Virus record (IMG/VR): IMGVR_UViG_3300022744_000001 | Span: 2,022-66,021 of that record | Source: a virus | Strand: one strand, 5' to 3' | DNA: 64,000 nt | In this document: positions 7,683 through 17,601 of the stretch, piece after piece | Layout of the letters: every line of letters begins with the position of its first letter | Numbering within the stretch: the stretch's first letter is position 1 | Made by a program: the position numbers and the translations under genes | The notes under the pieces: model-generated | What the model was told of the DNA's origin: nothing | What the model saw: only the letters and a program-made list of their open reading frames with translations | Databases searched by the model: none

Positions 7683-10600
7683 GCATGCTGTACAGCTGCT
7701 TCCCGATGCTGAGCCCCACAAGGTAGTTGTCCTCCCCAACGCCCGCCGCTTGAAGAGCCGACTCAGGATCAAGGCCATCCGTGGACACGGACACCGCGAC
7801 CTTTTGCATGAGCAGGTCGTACAGCTGCTCTTGCAGGGTTCCCGCATAGACGGGGAACAAGAGGCGCGTTTCCTTGTCCTGCCCGATGCGGTCAATACGC
7901 CCGCCCGCCTGGCGGAAAATCACCGGGTTGCAAGCAGGGTTCTCCATCCAAATTTCCGTGGAAAAATGGACAAGATTGTTGAGGCCCGTTTGAATGGCCA
8001 CCGGGTTCACGACCAGGATGCGGCGCTTTTTCTTGACGATCTCCCTCGTGATCCAGTCCTGGCGCTTGGCCGTGGGAACCTTGTCCGCGTGCAGGATCGG
8101 GGCCTTTTCCTCCGTGTACTTCTCGAGGAGGGCCGACAGGCGCGGCAACAGGTTCGTGTGCCACGAAAAGACCATCACGTTCCGACCCTCGGCCAGCTCA
8201 TCCAGCACGCGGTCAACGAGCCACTGTTCCTTCGCAAGAAGGGTGTCCCTCGAGAACGGGGCTTGCGACGTGACCAGGTCGCCGCCGACCGACTCCGGAT
8301 AGCGGATCTCGAAATCGCCGCTCTCCACGTTGCCCGTGTCACTGGTCGCCCGGTCCAAGTAGCTCGGAAGCTCGGCAAGCTGCCCAAAGAGCTTGCCCGA
8401 CAGGTCTTCCTTGAAGCGGTCCCGCTTGATACGGTTGACAAGGGCCGTCTGCAACGCCGTGTAGCGCTTGGCCAGCTCTTCACCCGGAGCGACCAGATGC
8501 TTTTCCAGGGTGCACTTGGGCAGATCGATCGCTAGGTCGCTCTTGTGCAACGTGACCGAGATGGGCAAAAGGTGCCGGAGCAGGAAGAGCGGAAGGATGC
8601 CCGGAGCGTCCCCAATCATGCGCTCCGAGCGCTGGACACGATCCGAGTTCGAGCCAAATTCAATGACTTCCCCCTTCTCATCCTTGTCCTGCAAAAGGCG
8701 CTTGCGGTAGCCGTACCGGTCCACGAAGACCGAGCTATCGTCACGGCTGAACTCTTCACGGAATGCGGGCGAAAGAGCCCACATATTCATGAACAGGGAC
8801 TTGGCGTAGCCGTTCATGATCGAGCCGGTTTGAAGGATCGTGGGGATGCCGAGAGACGTCAACCGGTGAGCGGAGATCTCCTGTGCCGAGCCCTCCGTGG
8901 CGTACTCGTGCCCTTCATCGAGCACCAAGAAGTCGAACAGGTCTGGGTAGCGTTCCTTGATGTGTTGAGCCAACGCAACACGGCGAGGCTCCGGAACCGC
9001 CTGATAGAGGTGCTCCCCGCACTCTTCCGACGTCTCGAACCGCGCCACCAAGGCGGCCGAGCGGAGCGCGTTGATCCCCGTGGTCAACCCGTTGCCACGG
9101 CTCCCGTGAACACGAAGCTCCCCGCCGAACCACGAGACCACGACCGAGCCCACCAAGACTTGCTCGTTCTCTTTGGTCACCCGTTCCGCGTTGTTCTTGA
9201 GCACCTGGACCGGAGACCACGACGAGTGCGCGTGCGGGTAAGCCTTAGCCACCTCCGCAAAAGCCGCCGCCTGAACCGGACCCCCCGGAGGCAGGAGCAA
9301 GAGAAGGTCCCGAGCGAAGCTCGAGTACGCCCCGTGACTATCCACCGGGCCCAGCTCCCGCCAAACGCTCACGATCTGCTCAGGAGTCCCGGCCGCGGCG
9401 AGCGCATGGGCCAAAGCCGACTTGACCGCGTCCCCCTGGTGTTCCTTGTACGCCTCGACCAGGAGGCCGATCATATCGTCCAGCTCCCCCGCCTTGAAGC
9501 CAGAGAACACGGGAGGCTTGACCCCATCCTTGAGCTTGGATTCGTAGTGGGTGAGAAACTTCTGGCTCATCCGCTCAGACAAGATCGAGGTCAGGGTGCC
9601 GCTAGTAGGCTTGTGCTTAGCCAGCCGAATCGCCCACTTCTGAACGAGCCGAGCAAGCTCGTTTGCGGAGGTCACCGCCCCGTGCTTGCACCGGGCCCGC
9701 TTTTTGGCCAGGTCCACGACGGGCGTCGTGTGGCCGCACTTGGGGCAACGACCGTTACCCACACCTTCCCAGCCGTGCGAGAGCTTGGCTGTCTCACGCG
9801 AAAGGATGGCGATCACCATCCGGTCACTCGTGTTGGTCGCGACCGCTTCGATGTCCGAAACCGAGGACAGAACCCGAACCTCAGCCTCGGGCACCACCAC
9901 CGCGATCTCGTCCGCCCACGACTTGAGCAAGTGCGGAGGACACATCACAAGGAGCCGACGAACGCCAACCGTCTTGGCTGTCATCAGGGCGACCGTGGTC
10001 TTGCCCGAGCCGATCTCGCCGAGCAGGATTGCACCCTTGCCCTTGCGCTGGGCTCGAGTCGCATTGAGGCCGCCCAGGAGCTTGACCAAAGCGCGCGAGG
10101 CATGGGCCTGGGCCGTGAACAGCTTGCGGGGCGACGAAGCGAGCGGGATGGAGGCCGCATCCCGACGAGGGTCGTACAGGATCGGGCACTGCCGTTCCAT
10201 GACGCCCATGAGAGACTTGCCGTAGTGCTTGAGCAGGTCTGCCACAGTCATGGTTTCGACTGCGACTTTCCCCTTGGTCTCCGACCCCGAACCCAACACG
10301 TGGTACTTGTGGGTTTCCATGTCGAGCACGGTCACAACCAGCTTGGGCTGTTGAACCTGCACAACGCCGACCACATCGCCATCCTTGTTGGTCTTTTCCT
10401 CGACCGTACGGTACTCACGATCAAAGACGCCCTTGACGAGCAGAGGCGGGAGGACCCCGGGCACGTCCGGATCGATACGCGACCCGTTGAAGAGCCCCGA
10501 CGCGATACCAGCCGCGATGTGGGCCGGGCGCGGGGGCGTCGCCACTGGGTAGCGGCGCAAAAGCAGGTCCTGGACAGGTAGAGCCGGAAGGACACCCGAC

Positions 10601-11412
10601 ACCGGGATCTTCTGGCCGCCACGGCTCGTCTGAGTCCAAGGGCGAGCCTTGCTCAGGAGCGTGGTCAGGTCCACGGGCCGGATCTGCCAGCTACCAAGCC
10701 CCGTCTCGTAGTATTCGCCCGTCGGCAGGGTGTACAAGGGCGCGGAGCCCTCTTCTGGCAGCTCCGGAATGCTCGAGGCATCCGCCGCCCAGCCTTGAAC
10801 CTGGGTCACGATGGCCGCGTCAGGCGTAGCAATTGGGTCGCACTTGCGGGCAACCAACACGACTTGCTTGAACCCCTCGAAATCAGCCCCGGGGAACCGG
10901 AAACACTGGACGTTGACGAACTCCCGCCCCAGAAGCTCCACCGAGGCGGCAAGGGCGTAGAAGGGTACAACGAACATGAGCACGCCGCCCGTGGCCAGGA
11001 CGGCCGCAAAGCGGGCCAGGAAACGATGCTCGAGGCGACCATGCACCCGGTCAGTGTCATAGGGCGGGTTCAGGTAGAGAAGCCCGATTCCCTTGCGGCG
11101 GTCGAAATCCCACACAACGCGGAAAGCATCGCCATGGAGGGCGTTTTGACCCGATGTGTAGCTGAACCGAGACAGGTTGGCTTTGGCCGCCGCCGCTCGG
11201 ATCGCTTCCATCTCGCAGACGTACACTTCACTGCTTGCAGCCTGGAGGTGCTCTTTGATGGCCAGGATCGCCGCCGCGTCGCCCGCACAAGGGTCAGCGA
11301 ACGATGTCCGCGCCTCTTTCCCCACCGGCGAGAGAAGGCCCGCGATACGCGGAAGAAGATGGGTCGGGGTTGGGTAATACCCCGCGACTGCTATGGATTC
11401 AGGGCGTGCCAT
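7612..11412 (-). CDS. N6-adenine DNA methyltransferase fused to SNF2-family helicase (DarB-like anti-restriction protein)
   Basis: N-terminus: FADPCAGDAAAIL (SAM motif I) and LYLNPPYD (motif IV NPPY, gamma-class N6A methyltransferase). Middle: GSGKT (Walker A) and VLDEGHEY (DEGH box). C-terminus: QAGGRIDRIGQ (SNF2 motif VI). A CxxC...C zinc ribbon sits between the domains. Confidence 0.9.
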   Translation of the reverse strand: MARPESIAVAGYYPTPTHLLPRIAGLLSPVGKEARTSFADPCAGDAAAILAIKEHLQAASSEVYVCEMEAIRAAAAKANLSRFSYTSGQNALHGDAFRVVWDFDRRKGIGLLYLNPPYDTDRVHGRLEHRFLARFAAVLATGGVLMFVVPFYALAASVELLGREFVNVQCFRFPGADFEGFKQVVLVARKCDPIATPDAAIVTQVQGWAADASSIPELPEEGSAPLYTLPTGEYYETGLGSWQIRPVDLTTLLSKARPWTQTSRGGQKIPVSGVLPALPVQDLLLRRYPVATPPRPAHIAAGIASGLFNGSRIDPDVPGVLPPLLVKGVFDREYRTVEEKTNKDGDVVGVVQVQQPKLVVTVLDMETHKYHVLGSGSETKGKVAVETMTVADLLKHYGKSLMGVMERQCPILYDPRRDAASIPLASSPRKLFTAQAHASRALVKLLGGLNATRAQRKGKGAILLGEIGSGKTTVALMTAKTVGVRRLLVMCPPHLLKSWADEIAVVVPEAEVRVLSSVSDIEAVATNTSDRMVIAILSRETAKLSHGWEGVGNGRCPKCGHTTPVVDLAKKRARCKHGAVTSANELARLVQKWAIRLAKHKPTSGTLTSILSERMSQKFLTHYESKLKDGVKPPVFSGFKAGELDDMIGLLVEAYKEHQGDAVKSALAHALAAAGTPEQIVSVWRELGPVDSHGAYSSFARDLLLLLPPGGPVQAAAFAEVAKAYPHAHSSWSPVQVLKNNAERVTKENEQVLVGSVVVSWFGGELRVHGSRGNGLTTGINALRSAALVARFETSEECGEHLYQAVPEPRRVALAQHIKERYPDLFDFLVLDEGHEYATEGSAQEISAHRLTSLGIPTILQTGSIMNGYAKSLFMNMWALSPAFREEFSRDDSSVFVDRYGYRKRLLQDKDEKGEVIEFGSNSDRVQRSERMIGDAPGILPLFLLRHLLPISVTLHKSDLAIDLPKCTLEKHLVAPGEELAKRYTALQTALVNRIKRDRFKEDLSGKLFGQLAELPSYLDRATSDTGNVESGDFEIRYPESVGGDLVTSQAPFSRDTLLAKEQWLVDRVLDELAEGRNVMVFSWHTNLLPRLSALLEKYTEEKAPILHADKVPTAKRQDWITREIVKKKRRILVVNPVAIQTGLNNLVHFSTEIWMENPACNPVIFRQAGGRIDRIGQDKETRLLFPVYAGTLQEQLYDLLMQKVAVSVSTDGLDPESALQAAGVGEDNYLVGLSIGKQLYSMLTEFENVVAPVAQRPKQGRRKVA

Positions 11413-11656
11413 TGGCCTTCACCTTATCGCGGTAGATTTCAGCACAACTGACACAGGTGTGGTCGAGGTGTTTCTCCGTGATCGGAACCTCAAGATCCCA
11501 ACCCTGCCCCGCCTTCGGGTGACCACAAAGAGCCGCGGTCTGGATGCCGCCCCCGAACTTGAGGGGCATGCCTTCCGAAACCGGTCGGATGTGCCAACGA
11601 GCCAACGGCCCCGCATGGATACTCTCACAGAAGGAGTAGGTAACCTTGTTCGACAC
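11399..11656 (-). CDS. small Cys/His-containing hypothetical protein (85 aa)
   Basis: ORF directly upstream of the MTase-helicase gene and overlapping it. Cys and His residues are spaced like a zinc-binding site. Confidence 0.35.
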   Translation of the reverse strand: MSNKVTYSFCESIHAGPLARWHIRPVSEGMPLKFGGGIQTAALCGHPKAGQGWDLEVPITEKHLDHTCVSCAEIYRDKVKANGTP

Positions 11657-11701
11657 TTGAACCTCTACCCCTAGAACGTGCGAGCCCCAGAGAATCTATA
11701 C

Positions 11702-12523
11702 TCAGACGTGCTCGAAAAACAACGACACCTGCTCAGCCAGGACTTGCTCGATCTGGGCATGGTTCGCACTGAAGGCTACACCTCGGCTGTAGCCCAAGGT
11801 CTCGGCGCGCTCGACACGGAACCCGAGCCGGGATGCCTCCCCGAAAGGAGGCGAGCCGTAGTGATGGCCCGAATTTGGGTAGGAAGCGAGCCCCTGCCCC
11901 AGGCAGGCGATGAGAAGCTGTAGGTAAAACCGCCCGTCCTGCAAGATGGGGCACCGAGTCCGCCGATCCAGGTAGGCCACGAACAGGAAAGCCGTGGGCA
12001 CGAGCTTGGCCAACGCCTCTTCGGACAGGGCCTCAGCCTCCCGCGCCTTCTCAGGCAGCATGGCCCGAACGTGCTGAACGATGGGACCCACCTCCACCCG
12101 CTGCTGAGCAGCCCACGTATCGGTAGGCAGCACGATGAATTTCGCCCCGGCCGGATCCACCATGCCAGGCTCCAGCTCGAACAGCTCAGGCAGGAAAAGG
12201 GTCGCAATTGTGCCCTCCGCCTCTTTCTGCCAAGTCACCTTGAACCCGCTCGACTTCAAGACCTCGAGCCGGTCTTCCTTCTTGCGGTACGAGTGGTCTT
12301 TCTGGGTGAAAGCCGCCTTGCGCCCCGACAGCAGGTTCATGACGAAGGGGCGTAGCTCAGCTTCCGACCCCGCAAAGGACACGTGCACCGGCCGAACGTT
12401 GTCCGTGTCGGTCGCGCCACCCTCCCACAAGGCATCCGCCTCGACCAAGGTCAGGCACGAAGCCGAGAAGGATCTGGACTTCCCCTCTTGTTGCGGCGCG
12501 ATGACGATTTCACGGTGGTTCAT
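11702..12523 (-). CDS. hypothetical protein (273 aa) in methyltransferase operon
   Basis: Clean ORF between the two methyltransferase genes on the same strand. No motif was recognised. Confidence 0.55.
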   Translation of the reverse strand: MNHREIVIAPQQEGKSRSFSASCLTLVEADALWEGGATDTDNVRPVHVSFAGSEAELRPFVMNLLSGRKAAFTQKDHSYRKKEDRLEVLKSSGFKVTWQKEAEGTIATLFLPELFELEPGMVDPAGAKFIVLPTDTWAAQQRVEVGPIVQHVRAMLPEKAREAEALSEEALAKLVPTAFLFVAYLDRRTRCPILQDGRFYLQLLIACLGQGLASYPNSGHHYGSPPFGEASRLGFRVERAETLGYSRGVAFSANHAQIEQVLAEQVSLFFEHV

Positions 12524-12578
12524 TTCCCAGACAAACTACTAGGTATTTGACTACCTGGCAATAGGGTAGACCGTAAAT

Positions 12579-14231
12579 TCAATCGTCGGATAGCGCGAGG
12601 TCGAGGATGGAGGTCTCGTTTTGGTCGATGGGTTTGGGTACCTCTACCGGGGCGGGTGGAGGTGCTGACTCCGCTCTCTTTTCGGGGCTTGAGGCTTCGA
12701 TGATGCGGTATTGTGCTCGAGCGATGTACCCCTCGTGCTTCTCGATGGCCACGAAGTTCACCCCCTCGAGAATGGCTGCCACGGCCGTTGTGCCCGAACC
12801 CACGTAGGGGTCGAGGACCACGCCGCCCGGGGGCGTCACGAGGCGCACTAGGTACCTCATCAGCTTGAGAGGCTTCACCGTCGGGTGCTGCTCCGCTCCC
12901 TCGACATCGACCTTCTCCGACGAGGGTGCTTTCGCGCAATAGGTGAACGGGGCATCGGGCTCGAATTGGGCGAAAAAGCGGGAGGCCCCGCCGGAGTCTC
13001 CGCGAGCAATAAAATAAACAGCCCCCTCAAAGGATCGACTTGACCCTCCGCCATGCGAGGTAAGAAGTCCGCTTTGATCATCCAGCTCTTTGCTCGGGCA
13101 CCCAGGGGCGCACTCGTAGACCGGGACTTGCTCTTCCCCGTTCTCATCTCCCGTCTGGGTGCTTGTGTACTCGTGCCCAGCCCCCTCACCAAAGGGTTTC
13201 ATGCCGTCGTCGAACCGGTTGATCACCGGGGCCTTGACCCTCTTGGTACCTACGACTTTGCACCCGTCGCTGTGCACGAGGATGAAGTTCGCAGGCCAAC
13301 GACCCAAAGCCTCAGCCTTGGCAACTTTGGCCGCCATGTCCTGCTTGTAGTCGTCTTTGCGGCCCTCATCGTGCATCCAAGGGCGGTCCCACTCGGGACC
13401 ACCGCACGTGTTGGTCATGTCCGTAGGGCCGCCGAGCCGACCGCCACCCAGAGCGTCGTTTGTCCTGACCCGACACCCGTCGATGTTGATCGCCCCCGTG
13501 CCCGTCGCGAGCACCTGGGCCACCACGGACTTCTCCGCAATGGGCTTGCGGAACACGAGGATGGGCTCCCAGCTCGGCTTCAACGCCGTGCCCCAGCCCT
13601 CCCACTTTTTCGCTTCCTCAGTCGCGGGCTCCGTAACCGGAATGTCGATGCCCACCTGCTTGGCCCCGACCCCATAGGCCCCCACGCCTTTACCGCCCTC
13701 ATCGGTCGTCTGCCGGACCTCTTTACCGTTCACGATGTCATTGAGGTTCTCGCCCCCAACGCCACGCTTGGTACCCACGACCTTGCGCTTGGCCCCCTTC
13801 TTCTTGTCGATGGCCTTGTCGATGCTGTGGGACTTCGGGAAGCCCTGCGACTGCACCCACTGCATGACGCTTTGAGGTCCAAACTGGGTTGCAATCGTGT
13901 CGCGGTTCTCGAACCCCGCCATGCGAATGCCCATCGACATGAGGTCGAAGGTTCGAGTGCCCGCGAACGCGAGAAGATGGCCCCCGGGCTTGAGCACGCG
14001 GAAGCACTCCTTCCAAACCGAGACGGGCGGGATGTCCCACGGCTTGTTCATGAAGTCGCCCGTTTTCAGCTCCGCGCCTTGAAGGTAGGCGATGAGTTCT
14101 TCGGGCGTCGGGTGCTCGTTTCCAAGCCCGTACGGCGGGTCGGTACAGATGGAATCAACCGACTCGTCTGGTAGGGTTTTGAGTATGGCTAAGCAGTCGC
14201 CATGATGCAGGGTGTTCAGCTCGAGGGACAT
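12579..14231 (-). CDS. DNA methyltransferase, beta-class N6-adenine/N4-cytosine (motif IV before motif I), with large internal insertion
   Basis: N-terminal ICTDPPYGLGN (DPPY motif IV) and C-terminal LDPYVGSGTTAVAA (FxGxG SAM motif I). This motif order is beta-class, as in the CcrM/M.RsrI type. An insertion of about 200 aa rich in Gly and Lys is present. Confidence 0.85.
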   Translation of the reverse strand: MSLELNTLHHGDCLAILKTLPDESVDSICTDPPYGLGNEHPTPEELIAYLQGAELKTGDFMNKPWDIPPVSVWKECFRVLKPGGHLLAFAGTRTFDLMSMGIRMAGFENRDTIATQFGPQSVMQWVQSQGFPKSHSIDKAIDKKKGAKRKVVGTKRGVGGENLNDIVNGKEVRQTTDEGGKGVGAYGVGAKQVGIDIPVTEPATEEAKKWEGWGTALKPSWEPILVFRKPIAEKSVVAQVLATGTGAINIDGCRVRTNDALGGGRLGGPTDMTNTCGGPEWDRPWMHDEGRKDDYKQDMAAKVAKAEALGRWPANFILVHSDGCKVVGTKRVKAPVINRFDDGMKPFGEGAGHEYTSTQTGDENGEEQVPVYECAPGCPSKELDDQSGLLTSHGGGSSRSFEGAVYFIARGDSGGASRFFAQFEPDAPFTYCAKAPSSEKVDVEGAEQHPTVKPLKLMRYLVRLVTPPGGVVLDPYVGSGTTAVAAILEGVNFVAIEKHEGYIARAQYRIIEASSPEKRAESAPPPAPVEVPKPIDQNETSILDLALSDD

Positions 14232-14255
14232 GCGCGCCCGGAGGTTTACACCGGG

Positions 14256-15650
14256 TCAGTGCCCGCGAAGTTTCGCTTCCCAAGCCTCACGGCAATAGAG
14301 GGCGATGACACTGGGGGAAGCCTGCACAGCGGACATGCTCTTCTTGAGAATGGGGGTCCGGTTGCCCATCACCAGCTCGATGTCCACCTTGTCCCCGAAC
14401 TTGATCTGGACATTGAGGTTCGCATCAAGGTCCTGGTCGGGCAGGATCGGGCTGCTCTTCAACCACACGCGGATCGACCACGTGTCACTTTGCTGGCGAG
14501 GCGACCCGTAATCCCAGTTGAGGAAGCCCGAGACGTTCTCGTACTTCTCGACCCGGCTGAGTTCCTCGTGCAGGGAACGAAGCTGGTTGTTGAGGTACTC
14601 CCCCAGAACGCTCATGAACGTGGACTGGAGCGTAATGAGCTGCGCTTCGTAGTTGAGGCGAAGGACGCTCGAGGGCTCGAGCGCGGTCTTGACCACCAGG
14701 CTGGCAGCAATGTCCTGAGTCGTCTCCGACGCAGTCAACGTGTCCGCCTCATCCAGATCACGCACGTGAAGCGAGGCGGTCTTGAGTTCACGCTTGACCG
14801 TCTCGATGATCTCTTTCTTGTACTTCGTCCAAGCGCCCGGGGTGAACGACGACCGGTCATGCAGGAACGGAAGCATCTTCTGGGAGATGATTTGGCTGTC
14901 CGAGTAGTCCTCGCTGATCAGGTGCAGGTACGTACGAACGTCCTCTTCCGTGATCCCCGCATCCGGCCACTGCCGCTGAATCGCCTTGGCCGCCTCAATC
15001 GCCGCGTGGTCAATCTCCGACTCCGACGCTTCCCCAGGGCCGGAGATGAGGTCCCCCATGTCCGAGAGGTCGTTCTTCACCACGCCACGCTGGCGAACTT
15101 CCTGCCTGCGGTAGGAGTCGCGAAGGTGGTTGATCAGAGTCGTTCGAAGAAGCCTTTGGGCCTCGTCGTAGGTCTTGCCTTCCCAGTGCAGCATGCCTCG
15201 CTTGGCTTTGTCGATGAGCATGCCCATGGCTTCAACCAAGAAGTCCTGGGCCGCTTCTTTGCCCCCCACGTTCTTGATTGCCCACTTGAGCGCCGAGATG
15301 CCGACTTCCCGCCCGTACGTCGGAGGCACGTGGCGGTTGTCGATCTGGCGGATGTTCTGCGGGGGCGTTGCAAGCGGAGGCAGCTCCGTAACGCCCAGGA
15401 GATGGAAGAGCCCCATCGCCACCTGGCCAAAACCATCCGCAACCGACGTGACCGCGATGCGAAGGTGGAAGTACATATTGGCAGTACGTACGCTCCACGG
15501 AGAAGTAGAGGCAGTCCTGCGGAGGAGGTCGGTGGTGAGGTCGAGCATCACTTCGGCGATGAATAAGAAGATCAGTCGGGGTCTGACTGCCCCGTCGTCT
15601 GTTGCCAGAGCTGGTCTCGAGCCCGGAGCTTCTTGATCTCCGCCACGCAC
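14256..15650 (-). CDS. sigma-factor-like protein (putative; region-2-like segment)
   Basis: The segment EAAQDFLVEAMGMLIDKAKRG...YDEAQRLLRTTLINHLRDSYRRQ resembles sigma70 region 2. The true start is probably an internal Met near 15548. The call is tentative. Confidence 0.45.
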   Translation of the reverse strand: MRGGDQEAPGSRPALATDDGAVRPRLIFLFIAEVMLDLTTDLLRRTASTSPWSVRTANMYFHLRIAVTSVADGFGQVAMGLFHLLGVTELPPLATPPQNIRQIDNRHVPPTYGREVGISALKWAIKNVGGKEAAQDFLVEAMGMLIDKAKRGMLHWEGKTYDEAQRLLRTTLINHLRDSYRRQEVRQRGVVKNDLSDMGDLISGPGEASESEIDHAAIEAAKAIQRQWPDAGITEEDVRTYLHLISEDYSDSQIISQKMLPFLHDRSSFTPGAWTKYKKEIIETVKRELKTASLHVRDLDEADTLTASETTQDIAASLVVKTALEPSSVLRLNYEAQLITLQSTFMSVLGEYLNNQLRSLHEELSRVEKYENVSGFLNWDYGSPRQQSDTWSIRVWLKSSPILPDQDLDANLNVQIKFGDKVDIELVMGNRTPILKKSMSAVQASPSVIALYCREAWEAKLRGH

Positions 15651-15817
15651 CAGGCCAGGTGGTTGTCGTGTGCCTCGTCCTCGATGCGACCCGTGCCGCT
15701 ACAAGTCGGGCAGGTCCCTTCCGGCTGCCCATACGGACCCAGATAGCCCTCCCCGCCGCAACGGGGGCAGTCAACGGCGAGGAGGGCTTGGATAGCGGGG
15801 AGCCGGTCGTCACTCAT
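15572..15817 (-). CDS. DnaJ-type CxxCxGxG zinc-finger protein (81 aa)
   Basis: The motifs CPRCGGEGY and CPTCSGTGR are present. Confidence 0.55.
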   Translation of the reverse strand: MSDDRLPAIQALLAVDCPRCGGEGYLGPYGQPEGTCPTCSGTGRIEDEAHDNHLAWCVAEIKKLRARDQLWQQTTGQSDPD

Positions 15818-16881
15818 CCGGTGTGGGCCTGGAGCACCTTGGGTCGAATGTTCATCTTGCGAGCCACATCCTGGATGGACTTGCCCGCATCGAACATCTC
15901 GATGACGTCGTTCTCGTTCTCAGGGGTGGACTCGTCGGGGTCGCCGCTACCGGCGAGGTACTCGACCGTCATCTTCAACTCGACGATAGACTCCTGACGT
16001 GCACCGAAGGGGTCACCCAAGGTGTCCTCCCACGCGCGACCCGTCGCCTCGTCGTTGCCCTTGTACTGCTCCTGGTAACGACGCGAACGGGTCCGGCACC
16101 AGTTGGCGTAGATGTTGTGCACGCTGCGCGCGAGATACTGCTTGAACAAGGACTTGGAGAGTACCGAGGCCGGGTCCGCGTTCGGATCCACCGCGTTGTC
16201 CTTCTCGTACTCGAGCACGAGTTTGAGGCGCTCGACGTCCTCGCGATCGTACATGGCAGTTCGGCTCGCCCAGCTGCCCTTGGCAGGCACGGGATACCAG
16301 CGGAACAGGGCCGCCTTGAGGCCGCGGCGTTTTGCACAGAAAACACAAAGGGTCTTCGCCCCCGTGTTGCCCTCGTCCGCGACCCAATAACGCTGAGGAA
16401 GCGAGTCGAGGTCGAGACTTTTCCTCAGCCTGTCCACAACCACCGGGAACACGTCCGGGTTGTTCTGGCGGAGGTGCTCGAGGGAGGCCGCGAACTTGAC
16501 CGTGTCGCACCCGCAGGAGCCGCACACGCCCTTCTCACGACGGTAGATGTCTACTCCGAGCTTCTCCTTCATGGCGCCCCTGTGCACGCGCTGGAGGAAC
16601 GTGAACCACGAGATACGAAGGTAGCTCGCAGCCTGAGCGCCGGTGAGCTGCTTGGGCAGGTGCCCCAGCGAAGCCCGGTGCTTCTCGATGACCCTGTTCT
16701 CGAAGAGCTTCATCCACACGTGTTGGAGAAGATCGTCGAAGTTCGAGTTGACCCGGTTGTGCCTCGTGACGAGACGAGCAACGTAGGTGCCGTAAACACG
16801 AACGAGGTCTTTGTTGTCAACAGGAATGTAGTCGTCCTGGTCAACCAAACCCGTGTCGTTCGCCACTGCCGATGCAAGCAT
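15814..16881 (-). CDS. RNA polymerase sigma factor (sigma70/ECF-like) with Cys-rich insertion
   Basis: Region-2-like YVARLVTRH...DDLLQHVWMKLFE and a region-4 HTH KSIQDVARKMNIRPKVLQA. A CGSCGC...CVFCAK insert lies between them. Confidence 0.65.
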   Translation of the reverse strand: MLASAVANDTGLVDQDDYIPVDNKDLVRVYGTYVARLVTRHNRVNSNFDDLLQHVWMKLFENRVIEKHRASLGHLPKQLTGAQAASYLRISWFTFLQRVHRGAMKEKLGVDIYRREKGVCGSCGCDTVKFAASLEHLRQNNPDVFPVVVDRLRKSLDLDSLPQRYWVADEGNTGAKTLCVFCAKRRGLKAALFRWYPVPAKGSWASRTAMYDREDVERLKLVLEYEKDNAVDPNADPASVLSKSLFKQYLARSVHNIYANWCRTRSRRYQEQYKGNDEATGRAWEDTLGDPFGARQESIVELKMTVEYLAGSGDPDESTPENENDVIEMFDAGKSIQDVARKMNIRPKVLQAHTG

Positions 16882-16989
16882 GCAGTCCCCCTATGACCAG
16901 CCTCAGCTCCCCTATTTACCCCGCGGGAGCGCCCCAGAGGGGACACCTTTAGCTGATCTGGCGAACACCCGTCAAGGTGTATTTGAGGG

Positions 16990-17601
16990 TTGGACTACAT
17001 GCGTAGGAGAGTATCGGTGGAATGCCCAAACCTCATATCCCATGAGGACCTCCCTGATATCCACGGAGATGTGGAAAGTGTGCTTGCGGAGATGGAAGCC
17101 CAGCGGGTTTTTTTCGACGCGAGCCTTGGTCTAGTTTCAAGCGAAACCGTAAGCGAAACAGCCATTTACGCCCTACGTGTCCGAAGCCAGGACGAGTCCC
17201 TTATCGACCGCCTCACCACCTTTTGTCTATGGCATAGTGTGGGGAGGGTAAAGTTCGACCTTATCCCACATAGGTGGTCACGTTCCACACGGTGGGCGAA
17301 ACGTACAACGGAAGACCTCATTACCTCTTGGATGAGGTGGGTTGCACACGAGGACACGGAGGCCGTTACCCACGCCCTTCATCGGATGGAGCGCGATCGC
17401 GAAGATGCCTCCATTGAGGCACTGCCCCTTCAATATTGGGCAACCGCGATTCAAGCGCTGACTCAATCGGACCAGTTGACCTCGAAACGCTTTTTTGAGC
17501 GTGCCATGGAGGTCTCCTCACAATTCGGTTTCCCGTCCAACCCGCCTATCTGCTGGACGTACGCGCTCAGTTTTCTCCCTCGAGAGCCTCTTTGCGTTTA
17601 G
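16990..17601 (+). CDS. hypothetical protein (203 aa)
   Basis: ORF of lower GC content with ordinary composition. Confidence 0.45.
   Translation: MDYMRRRVSVECPNLISHEDLPDIHGDVESVLAEMEAQRVFFDASLGLVSSETVSETAIYALRVRSQDESLIDRLTTFCLWHSVGRVKFDLIPHRWSRSTRWAKRTTEDLITSWMRWVAHEDTEAVTHALHRMERDREDASIEALPLQYWATAIQALTQSDQLTSKRFFERAMEVSSQFGFPSNPPICWTYALSFLPREPLCV

Noticed and set aside
8545-10581. 678-aa plus-strand ORF antisense to the MTase-helicase gene, and many similar long ORFs (13053-14174, 14202-15566, 15823-16896, 19088-20518, 21101-22552, 24566-25222, 25492-26172, 57401-58336 and others)
   Set aside because: They show the Arg/Pro/Gly/Ser-rich composition typical of shadow frames in high-GC DNA. 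Each overlaps a gene with clear motifs on the other strand, and none has recognisable domains.
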